A stretch of DNA of 63,703 nucleotides, counting the filler, from Rhabdomonas costata (Eukaryota): the NCBI GenBank assembly GCA_019059605.1. It is 30 parts of 30 records of this genome, joined end to end, with 100 filler letters (N's around TTAATTAATTAA, not from the genome) between each part and the next. Parts side by side here need not be neighbours in the genome. Positions count along the whole stretch, not along the records: positions 10,632 to 12,657 come from JAHMHO010006304.1; positions 12,758 to 14,783 come from JAHMHO010006305.1; positions 14,884 to 16,908 come from JAHMHO010006306.1; positions 17,009 to 19,034 come from JAHMHO010006307.1; positions 19,135 to 21,160 come from JAHMHO010006308.1; positions 21,261 to 23,286 come from JAHMHO010006309.1; 24 more parts are not named here. One strand, written 5' to 3'. The translations under genes and the position numbers were made by a program. The notes beneath the pieces are model-generated. The model worked only from the letters and a program-made list of their open reading frames with translations, ran no database searches and was not told the origin of the DNA. Numbering within the stretch: the stretch's first letter is position 1; the number at the start of each line of letters is the position of its first letter. Shown here piece after piece: positions 11,130-22,884 of the stretch.

Positions 11130-11194
11130 GATGATGGGAAAGCACATTCGGTGATGTTGGTTTCGAACTCGGACCCGCACCCATCTGCAGACGA
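11130..11194 (+). ncRNA. Candidate single-hairpin AGA-box (H/ACA-like) snoRNA
   Basis: Stem GATGGG (11133-11138)/CCCATC (11180-11185), a pocket, inner stem TTCGG/TCGGA, and AGA at 11189-11191, 15 nt from the top of the 3' pocket. It lies next to a C/D snoRNA. Confidence 0.35.
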
Positions 11195-11488
11195 AGCTTG
11201 GAATGGGACATTCTCCGTCCTGCTTTCATTTCTTTTTGTCACAGGCAAAGGGACGATTGTTGACCTTGGTTGTCAGGTTTTGTATCTTGCTTGGCGGCAG
11301 TTATCTTATCATTTTTTGTCTTAATTTGTTTTCTCTCTTTGTAGCCATTCGTAAAGTTGAAGTTACCCGTACTATATTTCTGTCCCACTCATACGCATAA
11401 CCGTTTTTCAGTAATTGCAGTGATGTCGTTTTCTTTGCCGGTGGCTTCCGGTGGTAGCGGAGTTGGACCTGTGGTGTTTGGTGGGGGG

Positions 11489-12388
11489 ATGGCGGCGGAG
11501 CTGGCGCAGCTGGTGAGGCAGGTCGGGGAGGTTCTGCCCGAGGACCATCCTTCGATGGCCCAGGTAATGACCGCGGTGCAGGCCTACCATAGGACATGCC
11601 TTCCCAGCGGCGGGAAGAAAGACCAGCCCCTGGAGGCCAGGGAGCTGATCAGCGTGCTGTCCGACCGGATCTCCACGAGCTCGGGAGGCGGTCTGTGCAG
11701 ACTACACAGTGTGGATGTGCGCGGTGGGGCGCCCAAAAGGATCCTCTGACGATCCACTAGATCTGCACTAGGTAGATGGCTGTATCGTGCGAAGTCTGCG
11801 TCAAGATGCAATCATTTGAAGTGGAACTTAGCTTATTTCAGCAGCCCAATGGTGAATTTCTGCTGTGCGTTTTCATCTTTGTTTTGCTCTTCAAGAGGAG
11901 CGGAACACATCGGTCCGATCGGTCCGTGGTAAATGTCACCACACAGTTTTATATATTTATACACATTTGCAAAGTTTGTAAACATCGTTGTGTGAGTGCC
12001 GCCGCGTTTTACTGCGTGTGGGCGCTTTGACGAGGGGTCGTAGTAGATGATGAAGTGGCCCCGGTTCCCTAAGCGGGGTTGCTTCCTTTCTGCTTCAGGT
12101 CATTATATCTTTTGGTTCTCACTGTTAGCACGGCTGGCCGCGTGGCGGATCGTCGACGTCGTCGCGAACCGCTTCCCAGCATTCGCCGAGGCCTTGTGCT
12201 CGCTGATCAGTGATCACGTCGACTGCCTCCCAGATCGCACCCGCGCCGCGCTGCAGCAGAGCGGTGAGGCCCTGGAGAGGATGGGCACCTTCTCGACCGC
12301 CCCCTCTGCTGGCGCTGGTGCCCCAGCGAAGCCGGACCTCGCAGCGTTGTCTTCAATGGCAAAACAAAAAGGACATCCACCCCAGGAG
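11489..12388 (+). CDS. Protein with possible N-terminal CID/VHS-like helical domain; exons about 11489-11690 and 12129-12388
   Basis: MAAELAQLVRQVGEVLPEDHPSMAQVMTAVQAY...RISTSSGG|ARLAAWRIVDVVANRFPAFAEAL, joined by a phase-compatible GT-AG intron with GC-rich codons. The domain call is weak. Confidence 0.4.
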
Positions 12389-13377
12389 GTGTTTGCTTTT
12401 CTTTTGCGGGCTCATGGGATAATTTACAGAAACGAGGGGGCTCGCAGCTTTGGTCTCACTGGAGCATCACTGGACTCCTGATGCAAGCATTGTTCTCTGC
12501 TGACGTTGAACCCCACGCATGCACAGGGGCGTGCTGGCACTGGAAAAAAACTCAAGAGGCTGCGATAGGATGCATTGTTCTATGGAGCTCAGATTTCCGA
12601 GAGACGCGGCATCCTGGCAAGAAATGTGGGCCTCTGCGGTTTTGTGCAAAGTCCCGANNNNNNNNNNNNNNNNNNNNNNNNNNNNNNNNNNNNNNNNNNN
12701 NTTAATTAATTAANNNNNNNNNNNNNNNNNNNNNNNNNNNNNNNNNNNNNNNNNNNNGTGGTTGGTGCCATAGCCGAACTAGAACCCACTGTTGATATTC
12801 ATAGCCATCGAGCGAGCGGAACCAAGCTCCTCATATAGTTGTAGTTGAGCCGAAGAAGCGCACGAAAAGACCGTAACACTCGATCTACAATAAAAGAAGT
12901 ACATATCTGCACTGATGGGCTTTGGCGATTTGGGCCAATCGAGCACAGCGGAGGGGTGCGCGTCCTCTGTGATCAGAATCAACAAATAACATCACAGGAC
13001 AGCATGGTACCCAGGCACACGCGAGCGTTTCAAATGCTCAACACGTGAGATGAAGCGCACACTTGTGGAAGCGGATTCAGAGCACACTGCCAACGGCAGA
13101 GTCAAGCGGGGGAGGGGACAAGAAATGGGGCTCGCGGAACAGGTGGAATAAATTGCAGCGTCCCTGTCTGAGGAATGGAGATGTAAGCATTTTGACTCAG
13201 ACTCACACGTACAAGAGCCTGATCAGGCGGCAAGGTCCTTCTTAAACCCAGGCAATCCAGAAACACAAGCTGCTCATGCTCACACACCAGCAAGTCTTCA
13301 CCACCATCTAGAGACAAAGGTGAGCGAGACATAAATCAAAAATATTAGTTTGCAGGCTATTGGGGCAGCCCCTCCAG

Positions 13378-14701
13378 TCAAAAGCGCCACGTGGAGGATT
13401 CCGCAGTCGCGGGTATCTCCAACGCTGCGGGGGGATCCACCCCTTTATACACCACCCGAAGCTGGTGGGGCTCCTGATTGACATGGTCGTACAGGTCGCA
13501 GAACGTGTTCAGGCCAAGAACCAGACGATGACCGGCGTGCAGGCGATAGGCCAGGGCCCGCAGCTGGACTCTCAGTAGGATGGCCTCCCCCACGGTAGCA
13601 TTTCGGCTGCGGAAGCGGTGCCAGGGCGGTGCACGGATGGATTCAATGGAAAAAATCCTTTCTACTATTACGAAGGCGTCCAACAGCGTGAAAGCCAAGA
13701 GTCTGGCTCCAACCACAACTACCAAACCAGAGGCATAAAGCACCAGAGGCACAAAATACACCAAGTCACGAAATCGCAGCGGAGCAGGCGCACAGGATGG
13801 GATTGATTTCTTTCACTGATGACAATGCGAACGACGGCCTTCAACCAGCCGGCATTGCCCAAAGCAGGATAGACTAATATATAGGCGCTAATTCGGCCCC
13901 TCGCTCAGTACGCGGCAACTGAGAGTGGTACCTGCTGATGGTGCCGTCGGTGATAAGAACGCCGCGATGAGAGCTGGGGGGCAAGTCATACAGGTAGACA
14001 TCCAGCTGAAATTGCGAGGTGTCGGAAACGACCTGCAAAATGGGGAAGAGGAGCGCGGGCGAACCGCAGCGAAGATCTGGTTGCTGCTTCCGCTGTGCCA
14101 CTGACAGCCTAAGTCGAACTCAAAAGAAGAGGGGAGGCCACCCTATTGAATATAAACATCACTCAGGGGGTTGAATCTCAACCACCACAACCTGCACAAT
14201 CACCATCCTAGGGATCCGAGAGGAAGGAACGGTGGTCGCTGCAAGGGCACACCCACACGTTCAGAACGGGGTCACCAACGATATCCATATCATCAGGCGG
14301 CGCCGTGGTGAGCACATAGATCACCGTTCCGTTGTGCGGAAGCTTGTGGAAGTCGGCCGTCACGGGGATATCCACATACGTCTGCCGGGAAAATGAAGGC
14401 ACAAGAGAATCGTGCCGTGTAGGACAGGCAAGAAATGAAGATAAAATGAACAAAGAGGTGTTTTACAGATGCTTTTCTTTCGCTGGAAAAGAACGGAACC
14501 AAGACAGGGAGAAAAAAGGAGGAAATGGAGAACAGTGGGTGGGCGGCAGATAGAGCAACAACACCACAGACAAATGCAAAAAAGTGCGTGCAGCATGCAA
14601 CGCGGCGAGTGCCTGAAACATGTCCCCCAGCACGGGCAGCCCGGCGGTCATCCCCGTGTGCACGACGTGGGGCAGGATGTCCGTGCAGTTTTCGAGGACA
14701 T
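13378..14701 (-). CDS. CocE/NonD-family hydrolase, C-terminal PepX_C-like domain; exons about 14701-14613, 14381-14253, 14032-13932, 13606-13378
   Basis: Spliced product ...MDIVGDPVLNVW|VVSDTSQFQLDVYLYDLPPSSHRGVLITDG...LRVQLRALAYRLHAGHRLVLGL...* follows the G-x-P-x-L, L-Y-D, AYR-x2-AGHRL pattern. Intron phases are consistent. Confidence 0.8.
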
Positions 14702-15219
14702 CTGGAGCGGCGGTTGTGGGGAACGAACGAGAGAGCGGGCTGAGGGTGCCTGCCTTGGCCGCTCTCTCGTTCGTTCCCCCCAANNNNNNNNNNNNNNNNN
14801 NNNNNNNNNNNNNNNNNNNNNNNNNNNTTAATTAATTAANNNNNNNNNNNNNNNNNNNNNNNNNNNNNNNNNNNNNNNNNNNNGTGTTGGGTGTGGTTGG
14901 GGGGTGTTGGTTTAAACTGGCTTAAGACTGGGGAAAGGTCAGTCCTGAAAGTTGGCTGGTTTTTTTTTCTTTTCTTGGGTGCTTCTTCTTTTTTTTTCCT
15001 TTGCTCAAGAGCAAGGTTCACTCTTTTGGCTGGAAGCAAAGCAGCGTAAAATTTGGCGAGAGTGCAGAAGCGCGGTTCAATAAAAGTGTAAAGATGGGGG
15101 AAGGAGGCATGAAAGGTAAGGACAGTGGGGAGGATGGGGGGCTTCTTGGGCTCTGCCTCCGCAACAAACCTGCAGAATAGAATTAAGTTCGAAGAAAGGA
15201 TGTTGAGTTTGCCCCGCAG

Positions 15220-16810
15220 GATGTGAACACCACTGCGCACTTTTGGACGGTGAAGGCCTTCCTTCCCGACATGCTCCATCGCAATAGCGGCCACATTGTG
15301 ACCATCGCCAGTGCCGCGGGCCTGGTCGGGGTGTGCGGGCTGGCGGACTACTGTGCGTCGAAGTTCGGCGCGTTTGGGTTCAACGAGTCCCTTCGCTATG
15401 AACTTCGCAAGCTGGGCAAGACGGGCGTGCACACCACCTGCGTGTGCCCGTACTACATCAACACGGGTCTGCTGCGCTCAGCTGCAATAACGTCATGGCG
15501 AGGGCTCTAAAAGCTAAGAGGCACGGGGCCGCTCCTTTCGCCCGATCGATTTTATCTGTTTTAAAATGGGATTCGAGGTGGGGGGGTCCTTGCACAAAAA
15601 TGGTGTGTATTCATTTTAGTTATGTTAATGGAAGGATAGGATGATCGATTGGTATGGCTCGGTGGTGCAGGTTGTCATGGTTCTCATCAAACAACAAAGG
15701 GAATCTCACCTGGGAATGGCACAATGGAAAATCAAATTGCTGTTTCCGACGTGCTGCAATTTTTCGGTCACTTGAAAAAGAGCAATTTGTTTTGGTGGTC
15801 TTTCGTCTCAGGCGCGTCGGCAGAAACAATCAACAAAAATCGTTGCTGGCACACCGGCGTGCAGTTGGTCCCGCGTGTCAGTTCTTTCAATTATCAAAAT
15901 CCAAGCCCAATTAAAGTAAAGCAAGCGTTAAAAAATGATCCTTCCAAACTTCTGCAAAGGCAAAAAAGAAAAAAAGGGGGGGCCTAAAACACCCTTAAAT
16001 GGCCCGTGTCCAATGGCCTCTATCCTTTGTTTTGGTTAGGTCCGAAAGCTTAGGCTCTGCTGATTCCTTTTTTCTTTTTGAGGCTTCTGCTCTGCGGCAA
16101 CGGAACGGCTTGCTCATGTGGGGGCATCCCTCCGCTGCTCACGTGGTAATGGTTGTGCTGGTGCGGGAACACCAGTGTGCATGGCAGGCTTCCATAAGTG
16201 GGCTTTGTGCCTTTTGCAACTTGGGAAGGTGCCACATTGTAGTCCTCACAGACTGAGTCGCTTCAGCCACCCTGCGCTGCTCGCAGGCTGCTGCCATATG
16301 GCTCAGGCCACTTCTGCATGTCATTGCTTTCTGTTCACATTCGCCTATCGCGCACCACAAGGAATGTTTGACGGGGTGAAGACCAGGTTCTCCTTCCTCC
16401 TCCCCATCCTGGAGCCGGAGTACGTGGCGTTCAAGGTGATCCAGGCGATCAAGCGCCGCCGCGAGGTGCTGTACATGCCTCGCCTTGTGCGGTTCACCTG
16501 CCTGGGCCGCTGCGTGCCCACCCCGATCAATGACTGGTTCATGGACTTCCTCGGGGTATGCTTTGCTTGCTTGCGATGGGTTGCTGCGTTCCCACCCTGG
16601 TTGTTTCCCACCTTACCTTGGTGCAAAATCCAGTTGAGACAAAACATATCTTGTGTGAGGAAAAAATATTTCGGGACTTAACAGCGATGCTGTTGAATCT
16701 GAACAGTGTTCCTCTCCATGTTTTTGACCCTCTTCGTTCTCTCACGTTCACTTTCTTAATTGCGTTTTCCTCAGATCTCGAACTCGATGGACCAGTTCAA
16801 GGGGCACTAA
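15220..16810 (+). CDS. Short-chain dehydrogenase/reductase, SDR16C (RDH10/17-beta-HSD11-like), 3' part; exons 15220-15466, 16362-16555, 16775-16810
   Basis: [18 protein letters not shown]...[11 protein letters not shown]...[15 protein letters not shown]...[19 protein letters not shown]...[11 protein letters not shown], with the YxxxK catalytic motif. Confidence 0.93.
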
Positions 16811-16903
16811 GCTTGGGATCTGAGGAAAACGCAATTAAGAAAGTGAACGTGAGAGAACGAAGAGGGTCAAGAACATGGAGAGGAACACTGTTCAGATTCA
16901 ACA
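16691..16903. repeat. 87-bp inverted repeat (16691-16777 / 16817-16903, 1 mismatch) at contig end
   Basis: Direct reverse-complement comparison. Confidence 0.9.
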
Positions 16904-17489
16904 ACAACNNNNNNNNNNNNNNNNNNNNNNNNNNNNNNNNNNNNNNNNNNNNTTAATTAATTAANNNNNNNNNNNNNNNNNNNNNNNNNNNNNNNNNNNN
17001 NNNNNNNNATCCCATCAATCAAAGTCCCTCGCCTTCTACAGCTACTGATGAAGCAAGGACAGTCTCCATGAATCGGAGATTTCTTTTGTTGTGGCCATAT
17101 ATTATCAGAACACATAGGGGCAATAATCCTGATGTGCAAACGGCTATTGGCAGGCACTATAATTCAATCGGTGGTTATGCCCTTCACTATATTCTACTCA
17201 GAGAGCTTGATGGGATCCCAAACAGTACCTAATATTGATTTGCTGTTTGTGTTCGCAGCATTGCTCGCATTCCCTGTTTCACTCGCCAAGAAGCAGCCGC
17301 GACTTATACTTATACGCGACTGTGTGTGAGTAAAAAAGCCTGTCAAGACCAATTATGTGCTAATCAAAATCAGGGATGACACACATTTCACTTTTCATTA
17401 AAGCCACGCCACCGCCTCCGAGGAGTCTGCAACCTCACCCTCCATGATAAAGGAAGGCGACTGCTCCGACGTCCTCCCGCTCCACCACC

Positions 17490-19027
17490 CCTCCGGTCCC
17501 CGCTGCGGCAGTTCCACAGCAAGTCATTGACCAGGAACAGCAGGGCACAGAGCCGTGGAGGGCCCTCGCCCACCCCTGGCCCGAACTCCGCGGCGAGAAG
17601 CTGAACCAGCTCCCGGGCCATCCCCAAGTGGTCCATTACAAACACCATCGCGGCCTTCACGGAGCCCCGGTCGGTGGAGAGACCGCGCAACAGCGCCGAG
17701 AATTCCAGCCGGAGAGGCTCCGGCAGGCAGGTCTTGACCACAGCCCTGGCGCAAAAACAGGGGCTTATACCTCCGGCTCACTGTTATGAGGAACGCTGTT
17801 CTGAGGTACGAATCCGAATTTCATTTACGGTCTTTTTTCTGCGGTGGTTGATCTTTCGTCCCACTCGAGCACGCACGCGGGCAAAAAGGAGTCCTCAGCC
17901 AAGCACAAAAACCTGCACGCGACAGAAATTGTGCAAAGCGTCTTATGGTGCTGCTGTCCCCGGTTCACACACAAGAACTATATAAGACCGCTACCCGCCC
18001 ACCTTGCAAAATCCTATCAACAGAATGTCTGAGGGGACCAGAGAAATATCGCACATCACATCCTAATGCTTCCAAAAGTCGATCATATCACATCTGACAA
18101 GACAGAAAGGGCACGAATTGTAGCATCCAAACCCACACAAGCGTGCACATGCAGACACACCCGGGAAGGGCAAATGAAGGCTCCGCCATGTCTCCTACAG
18201 AGTTCTCCAGGCTGGCACCTTTCCCGGTCCCTTCTCTTGGACCGGACTTGCAGATCTGGTTGATGTCCACCTCCCTGTGGAGTGAAAAGAAAAGGTGTCA
18301 TTATGATGCCAGCAAAACCAATAAATGGTGAAGAGAAGGATGGCTGTGACGAAGGTTCACTGTCAATGTCACTGTGGGGAGTAATTGACCATAACATTGA
18401 ACATGCAGTATGCAAACAAGCACAAGGTTGCAGGGCTATCCTGCTGCGGAGAAACAGTTCCCAAGAATCAATGCAAATTGATGATGCCAATGCAGCGAAG
18501 TCATCTTGAAATTTCTCTCCTCCACAGCGAAAACTTAGTGGCAACGGGCTGCCAAGAAAGGCAAAGTGGTTACTGAACCTTTCACCCTCCTTGGACTTCG
18601 AGCGCTGCTTGGATCGCTGACGAGAGCGGTGCTTGGTGGCACCTTTCTTCCTCTTTTCCTTTTTCCTTTTCTTGGTGCTCTTTTCCTTCCCCTTTCCCTT
18701 CTCGCGATGCTTCTTCCTCTCCTTATCCTTGTTCTTGAACTTTTCCGCCTCCGCGTCCACCTCAGAGCCTGTGAAGTCCTCCGAGCCATCCTCACTCCCC
18801 ACAGTTCCGGTGCTGCCCCCGCTGCTTCCCGTCGAGCCCTCGCTTCGGCTGCTGCTTCGGCTGCGACTTGAGCTGGAGCTCCGGCTACGCTTCCTTCGCT
18901 TCTTCTTCTTTTTCTTCTTCTCCTCCTCCTGTTTCGGAAGAGGCAGGACCACAGCCGCAGGGACGGCAACGCGGTGCACCTGGGGATGCAGCTGCTGCTG
19001 GTGCGGCCACTGGTGAGTTGCGGACAA
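17490..19027 (-). CDS. U2SURP/SR140-like CID-domain protein with K/R/S-rich region (partial, several exons, boundaries approximate)
   Basis: EFSALLRGLSTDRGSVKAAMVFVMDHLGMARELVQLL...LLFLVNDLLWNC (about 17490-17745) matches the SR140 CID pattern LRGLT...AMVF...LYLVSDVLYN. The upstream exon (about 18580-19027) is RS/K-rich. Confidence 0.6.
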
Positions 19028-20149
19028 ACACCACNNNNNNNNNNNNNNNNNNNNNNNNNNNNNNNNNNNNNNNNNNNNTTAATTAATTAANNNNNNNNNN
19101 NNNNNNNNNNNNNNNNNNNNNNNNNNNNNNNNNNTGTGGTGGTGGTAATTCGCATTCAGCGAGTTTGTGGGACTTGGAAATGGAAAGTTGGAATAACTTG
19201 AGACGCTTGGTTTGAAGTGGCGGAAAAGGGCCTCCCTCTTCAGCTGCACCGTTTTGCAAAGCTGCATGAGGACCCCTTCTTTGAACTAACAACCCAATGT
19301 TAAAATACTGGGTAGCCAGCCATGAGTCCTCTCTGGCCACGTCCCGATGCAGTCCAAGATTGACAGCGATGATTGAGCTCGAGCAGGAAGCCGCGTCTGG
19401 CGGTGCATTCACGCCCAGTGGTCTCCTGAAGCAGCCAACAGGATACGAAATGTCTTTGTCTTTGTGTTTTGCCTTTGTCATTCAATACATCCGAAACCGT
19501 CTCAATGCCTGCTCCGCGCCCCTCCCAGAATGCTAGCTCACTAATCCCAGAAACAAACTGGCGCTTCCCCAGCATTTATGGCGTGGCAGAATCATATCGC
19601 TGACACCAAACCGAAACAGAAAACTCATCTGGGTTGCACCGGCATATTTACTTGACCTTCTTATGATTAAAAATCAGAATTTCCAAGTAATTTTTTTTGG
19701 CTCCGATGGTAACCGCCACCATCCCGACCGCCAGTACACTACTGACTTGTTGTTCACCTCACTAATCTCCAATTTCAGCATTCTGAACTTAACAGTTCGC
19801 TTCATCTGTCAAAGCCCACGAAACAGAAAACTTCAACCAGTAACCTCTCCAAAGCTCCAACGCAAAGAAACCCAATTATTTAACCAAAACTGTGGTCCTG
19901 TACAGAGAGTTCCACCACAGTAACACCCACCTTACTGTTCCCTCACTGCCGTTTTTTTCTTCCCACCCTCAGCACACCCTTTCCAGTTCCGCAGCCAGTT
20001 CATTCGCGCACGTGGAATTCCGAGTAGTACGCCGCACGTGCTGATGACACCCCTACGGAACACTGTGGTCACGAGTGTCACGGTCACCACCAGCAACCCT
20101 ATCGAAACACCCACCACATAAAAGGCCGAGACGCCTGTAAAATCCAGCT

Positions 20150-21150
20150 GATGGCAGAACAAGTTTTTCATTGTCCAGCTCGTTGCGCGAACGCTCCGGT
20201 GTATTAAGGAGGGCTTCAGCCGGTAACGCTGTTATACGATATAACGGTTTTATACGATGGGAACGAAATTAAACCACGTAAACCACCAAGTACCGTGTAT
20301 TGTATTCTTGTAGTTTTGAAATCTACCCCCAGGCAACGTCCTCGCCTCACCCGGGCAGCGCGAAATCGAATCTGACTTCCTCCATCTTTTCCAATTCATC
20401 GATGAAAAGGTTGGTGTTTAATAAAGGGCGTTGGTAACATTACGCGACCACACGCCTCAATTCCCCATTGGATGTACTGGAAACATTCATATAAGGCCAC
20501 CCCTTAAGGTACACCGGCTGTCACGAAGCTTAGCGATGAAGAAAAAATCTCGGGCAGCATTGCCACCAATGAGAGGCTTTCCAATGATCTCGATCACCCC
20601 TTCGTTTGATAGCTTCGCGAGATCGCGATGAGTTGCGGGCATCAGGAACATTGTTCCAGCTTTGGAATCTGACGGGAAGGTCACCCCCTTGATGTTGTGC
20701 TCGGCCGGCTCCACAATTTTCCTTCCCAGCATGCGCTTGACCAAGGCGTGCACTTTTTTGGAAGTATTTCCCAGGGAAGGGCGAAGCAGCAGTTGCAGTT
20801 CCTTCGGCGCGGAAAGCACCGATTGGGCCTCCTCTGGGCTCGGGAGTTAGCCTCGCCCAACGCAAGAGGATAAACTCAACCTTGCTGTCTAAACAGCTCG
20901 CATGGCATTCCCTCAATCCGCACAAATGATGTTCTTTGCAGAAAAAAGATTGCCACTGCAGCCCTCAAAGGTAGCCCGAAGCAACCTCCGGTCTATTGGG
21001 AGGGGTGGGGGGAAATCGGTAAACGCCGTAACACGTAACTACTGCACGGGGGCTTCGGCCCAACTAGACATTACTGTGCACGCTTCGGTTTGACGCGTAT
21101 CGCCACGAAGATGTGAAACCTAACTCCAGGCAACGTCTCCGCCTCAGCCA
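20150..21150 (-). mobile_element. Degenerate reverse-transcriptase relic, possibly DIRS-order (VIPER/TATE-like)
   Basis: LSNEGVIEI...FFFIAKLRDSRCTLR/WPYMN, FDFALP and YRITALP...PE fragments with frameshifts, plus a 33-bp imperfect direct repeat (20317-20349 / 21114-21146, 28/33 identical). Confidence 0.3.
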
Positions 21151-21639
21151 CCCACACACCNNNNNNNNNNNNNNNNNNNNNNNNNNNNNNNNNNNNNNNN
21201 NNNNTTAATTAATTAANNNNNNNNNNNNNNNNNNNNNNNNNNNNNNNNNNNNNNNNNNNNGAATGACAACAAGACAACAGACATTTTCAAATTCGGCGCT
21301 GAACACGGTTCGATCTTGTACCTACCTGCCCTCAGCCGCAGAGAAAGCGAAAAAGAGCAGGAGCAGGCTCAACATCAACCTTTGACCCACACTTGCGAGG
21401 AAGCGTATGTGCAGTGTGGCTGTTTTTAGAGCACGTGCGTGCCTCAGTAACCTGAGGCTCGTCAAGGGTCGTGAAATTGTGCGCTTCCCAAACGAGTTGC
21501 ACACAAAACATAAAACATAAAACACAAAGGAGCTGAGCGTACGGTTGTGTTGGAGGGGAGACCCCTGTCAACTTTGGCACCTCACTATTTTGCGAATCGT
21601 CAGAGATGATAATTTGGTGGGGGGGCGACGTGGCTCAGA

Positions 21640-22884
21640 CTGCACCTTCTTGCTGGTGCTGCGGAGGCAAACCACCCTGGTGCTGCGGAACTACGTGCTG
21701 CTAGTGATCCGGTTTGTCCGGATGGCCGTGCTTGGCACTTTTGTGGGCACCGTCTTCCTTATGACCCCCGTGGATAGCTACAAGGCGCGCGCGCACGCTC
21801 TCTCATCCGTTCCACGCAAACTCTACCCTAACCCCACTTCACACCCGAATCCCTAGCACAATTCGAAACCCAATTCCAGCGCAACTACAGCCCACTATGT
21901 CACTGCATTGCACTTTCTAAAGCATTTCGAGCAAAAAGCTCTATTGTATAAGGCACCCCCAACCCACCCCACGTTGGCGTGGTGAGACTCTTGCATTCCA
22001 GTCCGAACTGCAGTGAGCCCTAATCCGAAATCTGCGCGGTCCATGCAAGCAAGTCCAACTCTTACTCCTAATCTGGTGGATATTTACCAGATAAATACAA
22101 TCACTCCGCTTGCTACCGTTGTATGGCTCGCGCCTTTGCGAGGGCACGTGCTGCCTCCCCTCACTTTATTTTTCAGCTCCGAATGGCGATCCTGTTCAAC
22201 TCCCTGATCGCGCTTTCCATGGGTGGGATGTCCTTCCTCCCCGCAGTGATTGAGGGCCGGAAAGTGCTGCACAAGCACTTCGACGCGAGGTTCTACCCTG
22301 CGTGGATCTACACCGTGGTCAACTTCCTCCTTTTGGTGTGCGTGCTCATCTTTCTCTCTGGAAAAAGCAAATGACACAGTGGCCTGTTTTGGGCAAATGG
22401 ACTTCACGGAAGGCATGCCCTCACAGTGGGGTCCCAAGTGTATGCAGCGACACAACAGCGCGAAAAAGTGCGTCACCAGCACAGCACCAACGGGCGGAAT
22501 GGCCACGGGACACCGCTGCAAATCAGACTCCAAAGCAGATGCCAACAAGAAACCGACACAGGCAGTGGAATTGGCAACGAATCGGAAGCAGAAAAAAATA
22601 ACCAGCATCGGAAGCTGGGCAGAAATAAGACAAGCCGTTTACAGGAAATCTTCGGTGTGTGAGAAGGTTGGTGGAATTGGGTTTCCGCGTGTCAGGCTGC
22701 ATTTTGGGGGAAGTGGGGTTCCAATTCTAATGTTCAACGAAGAAGGGGTTTCCAGAGCCCTGGTTCTTCTTTTTCTTGGCGTGTCTGAAAGTGGGCTTCT
22801 TCAGTCAGGTTATTCTTTTCCTGTAGATCCCGCATTGCGTGATTGACGCCTGCATTTACGCCTCTATCGCCTACTGGATCTCAG
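21640..22884 (+). CDS. ABCG/PDR transporter transmembrane domain, internal exons about 21640-21784, 22177-22335, 22827-22884
   Basis: LLVLRRQTTLVLRN...RFVRMAVLGTFVGTVF...|LRMAILFNSL...RKVLHKHFDARFYPAWIY...|IPHCVIDACIYASIAYWISG is the ABC2_membrane pattern. Confidence 0.88.

Noticed and set aside
18083-18575. 3' half of the 314-aa ORF as continuous coding sequence
   Set aside because: Composition changes to intron-like sequence after ...KSKEGER, so it is probably read-through between exons.
21295-21325. GGTTCGATC here and GGTTCGAAC near 31672 as tRNA T-loops
   Set aside because: No cloverleaf could be folded around them.
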